A DNA stretch of 64,000 nucleotides from Nitrospinales bacterium (GCA_965223795.1 CBDCXL010000002.1:577036-641035); one strand, 5' to 3'. Counted from the first letter of the stretch, positions 34,201 to 43,568 are shown. Program-made: numbers and translations. Notes: generated from the sequence alone by a model not told the origin.

Positions 34201-36831
34201 CTATTTTTTATCGACAGCATCTTTCAGCTTGTCGATTTCCTGGATCATCTTCATGAAATGCTCGGGGTCGCCCAGCTCTTTGGCCACCGCACGGGCATTT
34301 TCGAGGTATTTCTCCCCCGGGTCCTTCCTGCTGAGCAGGATTTCCATGCGAGCCACGGTTAAAAGCAACTGGATCTGATGCGAAAGGGCCCTGGCTTCGG
34401 CAAACGTTTCCGCAGCCTGGTCGAAGTAGGACTCCCCCTCCTCAAATTGGATCTCCTTGAAATGGAGGTTCCCCAGATAGGTCAGATCCTGAGCGCATCC
34501 GATTTTATCTCCTATTTCCCGCGTCAGAGCCAATGCCTTGAGATACAGTTGTTTGGCCTTGACCCGGTCGCCGTTGCTGAAACTCAGGTTGGCGAGGTTG
34601 CGGTAATCCTCAGCCATTCCCTGCTTGTCTTTATTCCTTTCGACAATATCGAAAGATTCCTGATATCTGGTTTCGGCTTTTTCTTTATATCCACGTTCCA
34701 GAAAATACTGGCCGAGGCTTCTGAGATCGATGCTGATTTCCTTGTCGTCTTTGAGCGCCCTTGCGAACTCCAGGGCTTTCTCAAGATAGGACTGCTGATT
34801 CGGCCGGTCTTTCTTCTCTGAATAGATGTTTGCCAGATTGCGGCAATCGTAGCAGGCGGCACGCAGGTTTTTGCTTTCCTCGGCAATTTCAAGAGCCTTC
34901 AGGGCGTACTGCTCCGCCCGGCCCCAGTCCTCCTTCTGCACGTACAGCGCATACAGGTTCCTGTGGTCTTCGCTCATCTCCACCCGGTTGCCTGCCTGCT
35001 CGTCGAGCTTGAGCGCCTCCAGGTAATTGCGTTCCGCGCCGGCAAAATCGGTCTTGTTGAGACACATGTCCCCCAGACTGCGGTGATCTTCGACCTGACC
35101 GCGGCTGTCGCCCTGCCCTTCATGGAAGGCGATGGATTTTTTCATCCACTTTTCGGCGGCATCAAATTTATTGAGCTGGACGAACATCTTCGCCCGGCTG
35201 CGGTAGAGTTCGCCCAGCCCCTGCCTGTCGCCGAGCTTTTCCTTGATGGCGATCGCCTGGCCGTAGGACTCACCGGCTTTTTGATATTCCTTTTTCTCCT
35301 GCAGGACTCCGGCAAGGCTCTCCAGAACGGCGGCCTTCACGCCTTCGTCCTTGGACATTTCCGGCAGGGCGAGGGCTTTTTCAAACGCAGCGACGGCTTC
35401 ATCGAGCTGCCCCGCCATGAAATGCACGTTGGCCAGCTCGGTCATGAGGCTCATCTTTGCGGCGGGGTCCTTTTCGACGTCCGGGCTTTCCAGCAGGGAG
35501 GCGATGTCTTCCTGCCTCTGGGACAGGTATTTGGGCTGCGCCATGATGTAGACGAGCTTGTCCTGCACCTGCTGGGTGCTGCGGCTGTCTTTCATGGCGT
35601 CGTACAGGGAGTTGGCGCGGATGAAATAGGACTCGGCGTCCCTGTATTCCTCTTTTTTCATCAGGATGTCGCCGATGGCCTCGCACTGCTGCGCCATGCC
35701 GGGACGGTTTTCCAGCTTCTCCATGATCTCGAGCGACTGCCGATACAACTCCAGCGCGGGCTCCCACTCTTCCTTAAGGGTGCGCACCTGCCCGAGGTTG
35801 GCAAAACTGCGCGCCTCGCCCAACGCATCGCCCAGGGCGCTCATGATTTTGCGGGAATCTTCGTAGTACTCCAGCGCCTGATCGAGGTTTTTCTTGTGCA
35901 GGCATATGTTGCCGAGGCTGCCCAGAAGGTAGGACTGACGGCGCTGGTCCTTGCCTTCCTGAACGATCTTCAAGGCCTTGCGGAAATTTTCCTCGGCGCT
36001 GTCGAGGTATTCCGGGCCGCCTTTCTGCGCCAGTTGCAGGCAGGCTCCGCCCAGATTGCCGTAACAGATGCCGGCGGACTGGGTGTCCCCCAGTTCTTCA
36101 TAAAGGGCGATGGATTTTTCTATGGTCTCGGCGACCTTGTCCATTCGGGCGGATTTGAAATAGATCTCCTCAAGCTCCTGATAGCGGGCCAGCAATTCTT
36201 TTTTGTCGCCGGATTGCGCCAGAGAGTTGATGGTCTTGAGCAGCGCGGTCTCCTGCTGCGCGAGATAGCGGGTGTTCTTCTGGATGGATTCGACTTTATC
36301 GTTGAGCGCGTCGATCCGCTCCTTGTCTTTTTCCGGGTCCAGGCTCGCATGCGCCTTCTGGAAGTAATCCTTCGCGGTGTCGAATTCCTCTTTCTGCATG
36401 TGAACGTTGCCGAGGTACTCATAATAGACCGCCTGGCCGCCGGTGTCGTTCGCCTTGACCATGAGCTGCAAGGCTTTGTGGTAATTTTCCTCGGCCTTGT
36501 CCAGGCTGCCTTTGTACAGATACACCGAACCCAGGTTGCCGAGGGAGCTTTCGATGCCTTTCAGATCCTCCACTTTTTCCATCAGCGCCAAAGACTGGGA
36601 ATAGTAGTCCTCCGCCTTGTCCAGCTTGCGGCTCTGAAAACAGATATTCCCCAGGTTGCCGAGCACATAGGCCTGGCCGGTTTCGTCGCCCGACTGATGC
36701 ATGAACTTGAGGGCCTTGAGAAAATGGGATTCCGCTTCTTTCAAATCGTTTTTTTCCAGCGAGGCGTAACCGAGTTTTTCGTATTTTCTTCCGTCTTCCA
36801 TCGGGCAATCACTTAAAAGAGAGGTTGTCAT
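34201..36831 (-). CDS. large tetratricopeptide-repeat (TPR) protein
   Basis: About 876 aa of nearly continuous TPR units, following a recurring A/G..Y..LG..Y pattern. The start is uncertain: ATG at 36831 or 36801, while the track start at 36993 adds implausible residues. Confidence 0.75.
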   Translation of the reverse strand: MTTSLLSDCPMEDGRKYEKLGYASLEKNDLKEAESHFLKALKFMHQSGDETGQAYVLGNLGNICFQSRKLDKAEDYYSQSLALMEKVEDLKGIESSLGNLGSVYLYKGSLDKAEENYHKALQLMVKANDTGGQAVYYEYLGNVHMQKEEFDTAKDYFQKAHASLDPEKDKERIDALNDKVESIQKNTRYLAQQETALLKTINSLAQSGDKKELLARYQELEEIYFKSARMDKVAETIEKSIALYEELGDTQSAGICYGNLGGACLQLAQKGGPEYLDSAEENFRKALKIVQEGKDQRRQSYLLGSLGNICLHKKNLDQALEYYEDSRKIMSALGDALGEARSFANLGQVRTLKEEWEPALELYRQSLEIMEKLENRPGMAQQCEAIGDILMKKEEYRDAESYFIRANSLYDAMKDSRSTQQVQDKLVYIMAQPKYLSQRQEDIASLLESPDVEKDPAAKMSLMTELANVHFMAGQLDEAVAAFEKALALPEMSKDEGVKAAVLESLAGVLQEKKEYQKAGESYGQAIAIKEKLGDRQGLGELYRSRAKMFVQLNKFDAAEKWMKKSIAFHEGQGDSRGQVEDHRSLGDMCLNKTDFAGAERNYLEALKLDEQAGNRVEMSEDHRNLYALYVQKEDWGRAEQYALKALEIAEESKNLRAACYDCRNLANIYSEKKDRPNQQSYLEKALEFARALKDDKEISIDLRSLGQYFLERGYKEKAETRYQESFDIVERNKDKQGMAEDYRNLANLSFSNGDRVKAKQLYLKALALTREIGDKIGCAQDLTYLGNLHFKEIQFEEGESYFDQAAETFAEARALSHQIQLLLTVARMEILLSRKDPGEKYLENARAVAKELGDPEHFMKMIQEIDKLKDAVDKK

Positions 36832-37075
36832 CGGAAGGGACACAGACACGCTGGGACCCCGAAGATGAAGAAAGACCCGGCGAACAAAACGCTGCGGCGG
36901 CCTGATCTTGTTGTAGAAAGTGAATGATATCGAATTATATTGCCCGGAAAGAGAGGTGTCAACATGAGGCCCAAGGGATGGACCGGCACCCATTATAGCG
37001 CATCCGAATTTTAATGTGTTTGTTTTTTATGGAATATCAATCAGTTTTTGAATATCCGCAATCGGCAGGCAGGCA

Positions 37076-37105
37076 TTGACATCGACGGGATGTGCTTTTT
37101 ATAAT
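37076..37105 (+). promoter_or_regulatory. consensus sigma-70 promoter upstream of the 657-aa orphan gene
   Basis: TTGACA (37076-37081), an 18-bp spacer, then TATAAT (37100-37105), 39 nt before the ATG at 37144. Confidence 0.55.
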
Positions 37106-37143
37106 CCATCTTTGTTTTCCCCCTGAAACGCGAACCCACTCTT

Positions 37144-39117
37144 ATGTCCGATCTCGATAAGCTCGTATCCATTCTCGACCGTCCGCACACGCTTTCGTTC
37201 GATTCCAGCAAGTCCGCCGCCGAGGCGCTCAAGGCCTGCCAGTCCGAACTCAACAGCAGCACCCTGGACGGCGCCACGTACTGGCACCTGGGAGAGCAGC
37301 CGGGAGCGGCGGCGACCCGCATCAAGAAGTACCCCACCGGGCACAAGGCGTTTTATTCGCCCGAGGGGATGCGGTTTCTCACCACGGACCCGGAGGGCGA
37401 ACCGCTCAACGAAAGCGACTGGGTTCAGGATGCGGAGTTCGGTGGACTCCGTCTCAACCGGGTGCGGATGCAGCTCGATTCCAAGCAGTGGATCGGCCTG
37501 GTGCCGCGGGCCAAGTCTTTCAAGACCGAGATCGACATCAAGGGGCAGCCGGGCTGGCAGGAGATGCAACTAGACGATCTGCGCAAAAAGGCCGCCGAGG
37601 CCTGGCGGGTGCCGTTTTCGGAAGTGAAGTATTTTTACAACGACAACAACATCGTGCCCAAGGGCGAGGGCAAGTACGAGATCCATTTGACCAAGGACAG
37701 CCTGTACGCCCTGGGCGATGGCGCATTCGACGACAAAAAGCTGTTCATGAGCTTTCTGTTTTCGGTGAACTGGGAGGATCTGGACCTGATCCCGGTGGTG
37801 GAGTTGTTTCAATCGACGCTGCCGGGCAGCGGCGGCGCGTGTTTCGAGTACATCTGGGGGCTGCACGAGGATCAGTCGCGCAGCAAAACGCTGGCGCCTT
37901 TGCGCTACCGGGGGCTTCCCACCTACCCCTCGAAAGAAGCGTTCAACATTTTCTGCGCTTTTTTCACGCCCAAAGGGCCCGAAGGCACGGCGGATCAGGA
38001 CATCTACAAGATCTTCATGAACGCGGACACCTCGCACCAGATCGAATGGACGCCGAAACCCAACCCGCCCTGGCGCTATTTCAGCGCCACGCACGAACTG
38101 ACGCTCACCATCCAGGACGGCCTGCTGTACAAAGTGACGGTGCTCAACGACCCGGTGCCGATCCCGTACGTCAACCGCGAGCTGGGGGGCAAGCCGTCGT
38201 GCCAGCGGGAGCTGGTGGTGCGGACCAACGAATTCGAACTGCTGGACGGCCCAAAGCTGCGCGAGGTGCCGTTCTACCCGGCCTGGCCCATCAAACCGCA
38301 GACCAACACGCCGCGGCCGCCGGAAAAGGTTCCCTTCGACTGGAAATGGTTCTTCAACGGGTTCCCGCCGCAGGTGGACCCGGTCAAGGCGCTGCACACG
38401 GTGCCCTTCTACCCGGAAGGGGCGCAGGAAATCGACGAATCGGCGCTGCAGCCGATGGTGCTGGATCAGATTTTCTATTACATGGAAATGTCGCCGGGCA
38501 TGCCGGCCAAACTGGAAAAGGTGGAGAAGGTCCTCATCCACACCTTCGACACGGTCATCGCCGGCTGCGTGGACTGCACGCACGAACGGGAATACACGGT
38601 GCTGTTCAGCGATCCGGAATTCGCGCAGAAAAACGCCTGCCTGTTGTGGAATTACGGCGCCAAGCGCAAGCAGCTCGACAATCTGAAAAAAGTGTCCTTC
38701 CTGCCGGAGCGGGACAACATCCAGGAAGTGTACAAGGAAAAATACGGTCTGGTGTTCAAATGGATCCCGTTCATGTATTTCCAGGACCGGGAAGCCTGCG
38801 AGAGCATGCTCAAGGCGCTGGTGGACGTGCTCTTGCCGGAGGGCATCCTGTTTCTGGTGGCGCCGAGGCCCATACAGGGCCTGTTTTCGCATTACGGCCT
38901 GGAATGCCTGTACAACGATCCGGTCGTGAACATGCCGTTCTTCAGGCAGCATCTGAAGATGTGCCCGGAAAACTACGTCAACCCGGAGCTTGCGGTGTTC
39001 CTGGCCGAGAAGAAAGAAGTCTCCAAACCCGATGAAGCCCCGCCGCACCCGCCCGCAGAAGAGAAACGCGGCGCGCCGCGGCCGATGATCCGCGATTTCC
39101 AGCGCAAAATCCATTGA
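37144..39117 (+). CDS. hypothetical 657-aa protein, no recognisable family
   Basis: A long ORF with native-like codon usage. The C-terminal ~150 aa (YGLVFKWIPFMYF ... LLPEGILFLVAP) loosely resemble the distal half of a class I methyltransferase fold, but no Gly-rich SAM loop is present. Confidence 0.65.
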   Translation: MSDLDKLVSILDRPHTLSFDSSKSAAEALKACQSELNSSTLDGATYWHLGEQPGAAATRIKKYPTGHKAFYSPEGMRFLTTDPEGEPLNESDWVQDAEFGGLRLNRVRMQLDSKQWIGLVPRAKSFKTEIDIKGQPGWQEMQLDDLRKKAAEAWRVPFSEVKYFYNDNNIVPKGEGKYEIHLTKDSLYALGDGAFDDKKLFMSFLFSVNWEDLDLIPVVELFQSTLPGSGGACFEYIWGLHEDQSRSKTLAPLRYRGLPTYPSKEAFNIFCAFFTPKGPEGTADQDIYKIFMNADTSHQIEWTPKPNPPWRYFSATHELTLTIQDGLLYKVTVLNDPVPIPYVNRELGGKPSCQRELVVRTNEFELLDGPKLREVPFYPAWPIKPQTNTPRPPEKVPFDWKWFFNGFPPQVDPVKALHTVPFYPEGAQEIDESALQPMVLDQIFYYMEMSPGMPAKLEKVEKVLIHTFDTVIAGCVDCTHEREYTVLFSDPEFAQKNACLLWNYGAKRKQLDNLKKVSFLPERDNIQEVYKEKYGLVFKWIPFMYFQDREACESMLKALVDVLLPEGILFLVAPRPIQGLFSHYGLECLYNDPVVNMPFFRQHLKMCPENYVNPELAVFLAEKKEVSKPDEAPPHPPAEEKRGAPRPMIRDFQRKIH

Positions 39118-39269
39118 GCCAGGCAGCTTGCCCGGCATTTCCTCAGACCCCGGATTTAAAGAATCACCTCAATCCATTCGGATATTCGACGCTCATCCTG
39201 CGCGGTGAGACTGTGAGACCGGCGCGCCCTGCCCTGCCGCCCTGCCGAAAACAAGTCCTTGGGCATGAA

Positions 39270-39396
39270 CGCGAAGCATGCACTTGGCGAAGGTCACCCT
39301 GAGCCCTTCGTCCTTCGACAGGCTCAGGACGACAGCTCAGGACAAGCAGGGTCGAAGGGTGCGCGGAGTCATGCTTCACAGTCTCAGTCTGACAGT
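39270..39396. repeat. palindromic dispersed repeat, family B (copy 2, compound)
   Basis: GGTCACCCTGAGCCCTTCGTCCTTCGACAGGCTCAGGAC ... GGTCGAAGGGTGCGCGGAGTCATGCTTCAC. It lies in the convergent intergenic region. Confidence 0.7.
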
Positions 39397-39471
39397 CACA
39401 CTTCCTGACACAAGGTTCCTTGACTGCTTTCAGTTGTTACGTGTCAATCGTGAGAGGAAGGGAGTGGCAAT

Positions 39472-41310
39472 CTACATCATCACTTCCGGGGCCAGCTCGC
39501 GGTGGTCTTCGGTCTGGTTCTTGACGTAGATGTCGGGCAGGTTGTTGGTGCCGAAGTGGGTGATGTACAGGTAGACGTGCTCGCGGGCGTTGATCCTCAG
39601 CGCCCAGGGGCCGAAGTCGTTCTGGTAGAAGCTTTCGTAACGCTTCATCGCCTCTTCGGTGGTCTGGCCGGATTCGGGGGTGTAGTAGTAATCCAGCGCC
39701 AGGTCGTGCTCGGGGATTTCCTTCACGTTGATTTTGTACTCATCGGCGGCGTTGAAGATCGGCGCGTTGTTGTACAGGACGAAGAAGTACATCTCCACCG
39801 AATGGATGATGTCCTGGTGGTCGAGGAGAAACCGGCGGGTGTCCTCGGCCTCTTCGGGCGTCTCGCTGGGAAAGCCGTAAAAGCCCATGACGTGGCTCCA
39901 TATGCCCACGCGCCGCGCCTCGTTGAGATTCTTGATCGCCGCCTGTATATCCGTATCCTTTTTGACCAGCTTGATGATGCGCTCGTTGGCGGACTCCAGG
40001 CCGAAATACAGCGAACGGCAGCCGGACTCGGCGGCCTTGTCCCACAACTCGGGCTCCAGCAGGCTCGATTCGAATCGGATGAGCGTGGTCCAGTAGATGT
40101 CGAGCTTGGCCTCGATCATCATGGGCGGCAGCTTGACGAACAGCGCCGGCGGGAACGACTCGTCGGTGAACAGAAAGTGTTTGGCCTGATATTTGTCGCG
40201 CAGCTCGGCCAGCTCGCGCACGATCTGGTCGGCGTGCTTGGCGCGGAACTGATCGATGTAACCCGCGCCGTGATCGCAGAAGGTGCATTTGCCCCAGTAG
40301 CAGCCGCGCGTGCCCAGGTAGGGGACGATTTTTTCCGGGGCGAAGTACTTGTCCCAGGGCAGCCCGTCGAAATCGGGGATGGGCAGCTCGCTCACGCGTT
40401 CCTGATGCAATTCGTTGACGTGCAACTGACCGGCCTCATCCTTGTAGATGAGGTTGGGCACTTCGGATATGGGCCTTCTTCCGGACAACGCCTCGACCAG
40501 CCGCACCATCGCGTGCTCGCCTTCGTAGGTGATCATGGAATCGAAGGCGCTGCCCCAGAACTCTTCACGTTTGGGCAGCTGATCCTTGAGCCGGGTGACG
40601 ACATTGCCTCCCACCGTCACGTGAATGTGCGGGTAGTGTTTCTTGATGAGGGTGGAAAACGTGATGCCGGACATGAGCTGCACCGGCGTGCCGATGGAGA
40701 TGCCGATGACGTCGGGCTTCTCATTCTCGAGGTACTGGAACACCAGCTGGCGGCAGACGTCGGCGTAGACGTTCACCTTGTCGTCGTGCGGCGCTTTCAA
40801 GAGATCCGCGGACACCCAGGGCCGGTAGACGTTGAGATTGCTCTCGACGGGATAGAATTGCACGCTCGCCGGGAAATAGGCCACGGAGATGTATTCCATG
40901 ACTTCGCGGAAGGCGTTGAGCGCCCATTCGGCCTTGTCGATTTCGTAGAATTCCTCGGTGCGCATGATGACCTTGGCGCGCTCCACTTTCTGGATGTGGT
41001 GCTCAAGATCGATGCGGGTGTAGTCCTTCAGCATGCGCAGCAGATCGGTCTCCTGGTCTGTGAGACCGGTCCACTTTTTCGCGTTGAGCTCCTTGATCTG
41101 GTTGCGGATGCGCCCGGCAACGAACTCCAGATAATTGCGGGAAAAAAAGTGGTCGTACATCTCGACGTTGACGTCTTTCTGCACAACTTCGATGCCGTTC
41201 TGCCTGAGCACGGCGGTGAGGCTGGGCAGGGCCAGGTAAGGCGCTGTGGGAACCCATTCCGGGGGGAACAGCAGCATGACTTTTTTCAAGGGCTGCGGGT
41301 TTTGCGTCAC
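39472..41310 (-). CDS. B12-binding-domain radical SAM protein (class B-like)
   Basis: 612 aa. It has an N-terminal cobalamin-domain-like region (KVMLLFPPEWVPTAPYLALPSL), the cluster motif GTRGCYWGKCTFCDHG (40276-40305) and YFGLESANERI. The start codon is GTG; an alternative ATG lies at 41277. Confidence 0.8.
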   Translation of the reverse strand: MTQNPQPLKKVMLLFPPEWVPTAPYLALPSLTAVLRQNGIEVVQKDVNVEMYDHFFSRNYLEFVAGRIRNQIKELNAKKWTGLTDQETDLLRMLKDYTRIDLEHHIQKVERAKVIMRTEEFYEIDKAEWALNAFREVMEYISVAYFPASVQFYPVESNLNVYRPWVSADLLKAPHDDKVNVYADVCRQLVFQYLENEKPDVIGISIGTPVQLMSGITFSTLIKKHYPHIHVTVGGNVVTRLKDQLPKREEFWGSAFDSMITYEGEHAMVRLVEALSGRRPISEVPNLIYKDEAGQLHVNELHQERVSELPIPDFDGLPWDKYFAPEKIVPYLGTRGCYWGKCTFCDHGAGYIDQFRAKHADQIVRELAELRDKYQAKHFLFTDESFPPALFVKLPPMMIEAKLDIYWTTLIRFESSLLEPELWDKAAESGCRSLYFGLESANERIIKLVKKDTDIQAAIKNLNEARRVGIWSHVMGFYGFPSETPEEAEDTRRFLLDHQDIIHSVEMYFFVLYNNAPIFNAADEYKINVKEIPEHDLALDYYYTPESGQTTEEAMKRYESFYQNDFGPWALRINAREHVYLYITHFGTNNLPDIYVKNQTEDHRELAPEVMM

Positions 41311-41671
41311 GGTTTCACCTGTCTGCGGAATCGCCGGGGCCGCGCTGAAAAGCGCACGGCTTGCTGAGCCAGCCTGTTGATCGAGCTGCTATGGTATCAT
41401 ATCCCTATCATGTGGAAAACGCCGATCGAAACCGGGTTCGCGGGAAGGATGTTTCGCATCCCGGTGGAGGCAAAGGCTTTCAATTCCCCGGCGTTCGGTT
41501 CGATTCTCCGGGTTTTTTGTGGGAATCGCCGGGGGGGCGTGCTACCATTTGTTTCTGCGTAAACCATTGATGCCCGGCGGCCCCTGCTGCCAAAGCAAAG
41601 GGACGCGCGAGCGGGCACAGCCTGCCGGATCCCTGATCGGGTCCGGCCGATTTGGGGAGTCACATTGGGGA

Positions 41672-42172
41672 ATGGAAATTCAAGAAACCAGCACAGAGAA
41701 CAAAGCCAAGATTCTTCTCGATGAAGCAAATTTAGCATTTTGTGAAGCGGCTGAACGTAAGGACAGCCCCAACGAACGGAACGTTGACGGCTCGGCCTGG
41801 GACCACGGCAAGATGGACGGCGAGTTCGACGAAGAGGATTATCAGAAAATCCTGGAAATGCAGCTGCGTTCGGCGCAGATCTGCGACGCGCAGCCGGAGC
41901 TGGAAGCCAAATCCGAGGAGATGTTCAAATCGGTGACGCCGGAAAACGCCGAAGAGGTGCTCAAGGACCTGATGGCCGATCCGGGCCTTAAGGAGCTTGG
42001 GGAAATCGCGGTCAAGATCTTCATCCTGCGCTTCCCGACGGTGCAGTCGTTCGTCAACAAGGGGCATCCGCTGGTGCTCGCGATGGACGAGTACATGCTG
42101 GAAAACTCCAACGCGCAGAACTGGTACGATTACCGGAACATCGCCGAAGAATACGGCTGGGCGATCAAATGA
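41672..42172 (+). CDS. hypothetical acidic 166-aa protein
   Basis: Starts MEIQETSTENKAKILLDEANLAF and is preceded by GGGGA. The track ORF from 41519 adds an Arg/Gly/Cys-rich leader. Family unknown. Confidence 0.5.
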   Translation: MEIQETSTENKAKILLDEANLAFCEAAERKDSPNERNVDGSAWDHGKMDGEFDEEDYQKILEMQLRSAQICDAQPELEAKSEEMFKSVTPENAEEVLKDLMADPGLKELGEIAVKIFILRFPTVQSFVNKGHPLVLAMDEYMLENSNAQNWYDYRNIAEEYGWAIK

Positions 42173-42245
42173 GGTCTTTCCATCCCGGCGCGCACGCCTG
42201 AGATGCGCCCGCCTGCGGACGGAAACCCAACACAGGCATCCTGCC

Positions 42246-43568
42246 ATGCAGTTTCGCTACAAACTCGCGAAAGAAACGTTCAAGAATAAAAAGATCCCGC
42301 CTAAAAAGGCGCCGGGAGAGGACAACATTTCCGCCGATCAGCGCGGCAACGACGCCTCGATCGACGGCAAGCTGTTGAGCCTGGACAAGGACACCAAGCT
42401 GGACCGCTCCGAACCGGCAAAACCCGCGACCTCCAGGGAAGTGTCGCGGCGGGACCTGTTCTCGTTCGGGCGGCTGACCGATTTCGCCGAAGCGGTGGAG
42501 GAAGGCGAACAAGCCCTGCCGAAAAAGAAAAAAGCGCAAGCGCCCGAAGAGGAAACCTCCGAAACAAAATCCGCGGAAGCGCCTGTGGAAACGGCGGAGA
42601 GCGAAGCGGCGGCAGCCGAAGCGGCGCCGAAAAAGAATTTTTTCCGCCGCATGATCGGAAAGTTCAAAGCCGAACCGGAAGACGAAATAGAATCCACATC
42701 CGCCGCGCCCGGCGAGGAAACTTCGCTAACCGATGAGGCGGAGGCCAACGCCGGAGCGGAAGCGGCCGCCGGGCACACCGCATCCCCGGAGCCCGCTGCG
42801 CCCAACCCTTTCGAGCTTTCCGAGGACGAAGAGGTCGACCCGGAGTACAGCCGCCGCAACCTGCTGCGCCAGGGCGTGCACTTTTTCGCCAAGCCGGCGG
42901 TGGAGAAGGTGCAGAGCAAGATCGACCGGGTCAACGAGACGGTCGACAAGATCACCAAGCGGGTGCCGCTCATCCGCCCGCCGGGGGCGATTTCCGAGCG
43001 CAAGTTTTTGCAGGCCTGCACGCGCTGCGACGAGTGCATCCACGCCTGTCCCAAGGACGCGATCCAGCGGGCGCCCAAGAAAATGGGGTTCCTCATCGCG
43101 GGCACGCCCTACATCGATCCGAAAAAGATCCCCTGCGTGATGTGCGACGATCTGCCCTGCATCCCCGCCTGCCCGGACGGGGCGCTGGTGATGCCGGAGA
43201 GCCGCAGCCGCGAAGACGTCAAAATGGGCTATGCCATTCTGGACAAGGCGAAATGCCAGGCCTACGGCGACACGTTCTGCCAGCAGTGCGTGATCGACTG
43301 CCCGATCCCCGGCGCCATCAGCCAGGTGGACCAGAAACCGGTGATCCACAAGAACGCCTGCACCGGCTGCGGCGTGTGCGTGCTCTCGTGCAGCACGGTC
43401 AACATCCCGCTGGCGATCAAGATCAAGCCGCAGATGGTGATCGAAAGCCAGCTGCGCAAGAAACGGCTGGAGCAGGAAAAGGCCCGCCTCGCCGCCGAAC
43501 GGGAGGCCGAGGAAAAAGCCGCCCAGGAGGCGCAAGCGCAGGAACCGGCGGAAAGCGCCGGCGAGTGA
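42246..43568 (+). CDS. NapG/MauM-like 4Fe-4S ferredoxin-type protein with a ~195-aa low-complexity N-terminal extension
   Basis: 440 aa. It has the family signature RPPGAISERKFLQACTRCDECIHACP plus three further Cys clusters (CVMCDDLPCIPACP, CQAYGDTFCQQCVIDCP, CTGCGVCVLSCS). RR motifs lie at residues 68-69 and 203-204. Confidence 0.75.
   Translation: MQFRYKLAKETFKNKKIPPKKAPGEDNISADQRGNDASIDGKLLSLDKDTKLDRSEPAKPATSREVSRRDLFSFGRLTDFAEAVEEGEQALPKKKKAQAPEEETSETKSAEAPVETAESEAAAAEAAPKKNFFRRMIGKFKAEPEDEIESTSAAPGEETSLTDEAEANAGAEAAAGHTASPEPAAPNPFELSEDEEVDPEYSRRNLLRQGVHFFAKPAVEKVQSKIDRVNETVDKITKRVPLIRPPGAISERKFLQACTRCDECIHACPKDAIQRAPKKMGFLIAGTPYIDPKKIPCVMCDDLPCIPACPDGALVMPESRSREDVKMGYAILDKAKCQAYGDTFCQQCVIDCPIPGAISQVDQKPVIHKNACTGCGVCVLSCSTVNIPLAIKIKPQMVIESQLRKKRLEQEKARLAAEREAEEKAAQEAQAQEPAESAGE

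Noticed and set aside
34963-41367. Long antisense ORFs at 34963-36816 (617 aa), 37570-39138 (522 aa), 37488-39035 (515 aa) and 39502-41367 (621 aa).
   Set aside because: They are antisense or off-frame to the TPR protein, the 657-aa protein and the radical SAM gene. Their translations are dominated by Arg, Gly, Ala, His and Asp runs typical of wrong-frame GC-rich sequence.
41486-41518. A tRNA-like GGTTCGATTC box with a possible small terminator (CCCGG-N16-CCGGG-T6). Together with an upstream TGGTATCAT extended -10-like box near 41389-41397, it could suggest a ~120-nt sRNA.
   Set aside because: No cloverleaf can be built around the box. The stem is only 5 bp with a 16-nt loop, and the promoter match is weak. 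It is worth an RNA-seq look but is not supportable from sequence alone.
41361-41738. Small ORFs in the rSAM/166-aa divergent region (41361-41570, 41377-41562 and 41397-41738), considered as possible precursor peptides for the radical SAM enzyme.
   Set aside because: They have no Shine-Dalgarno sequences and use TTG or weak starts. They overlap one another and have Arg/Gly/Pro-rich or otherwise implausible sequences. Nothing suggests a RiPP leader/core organisation.
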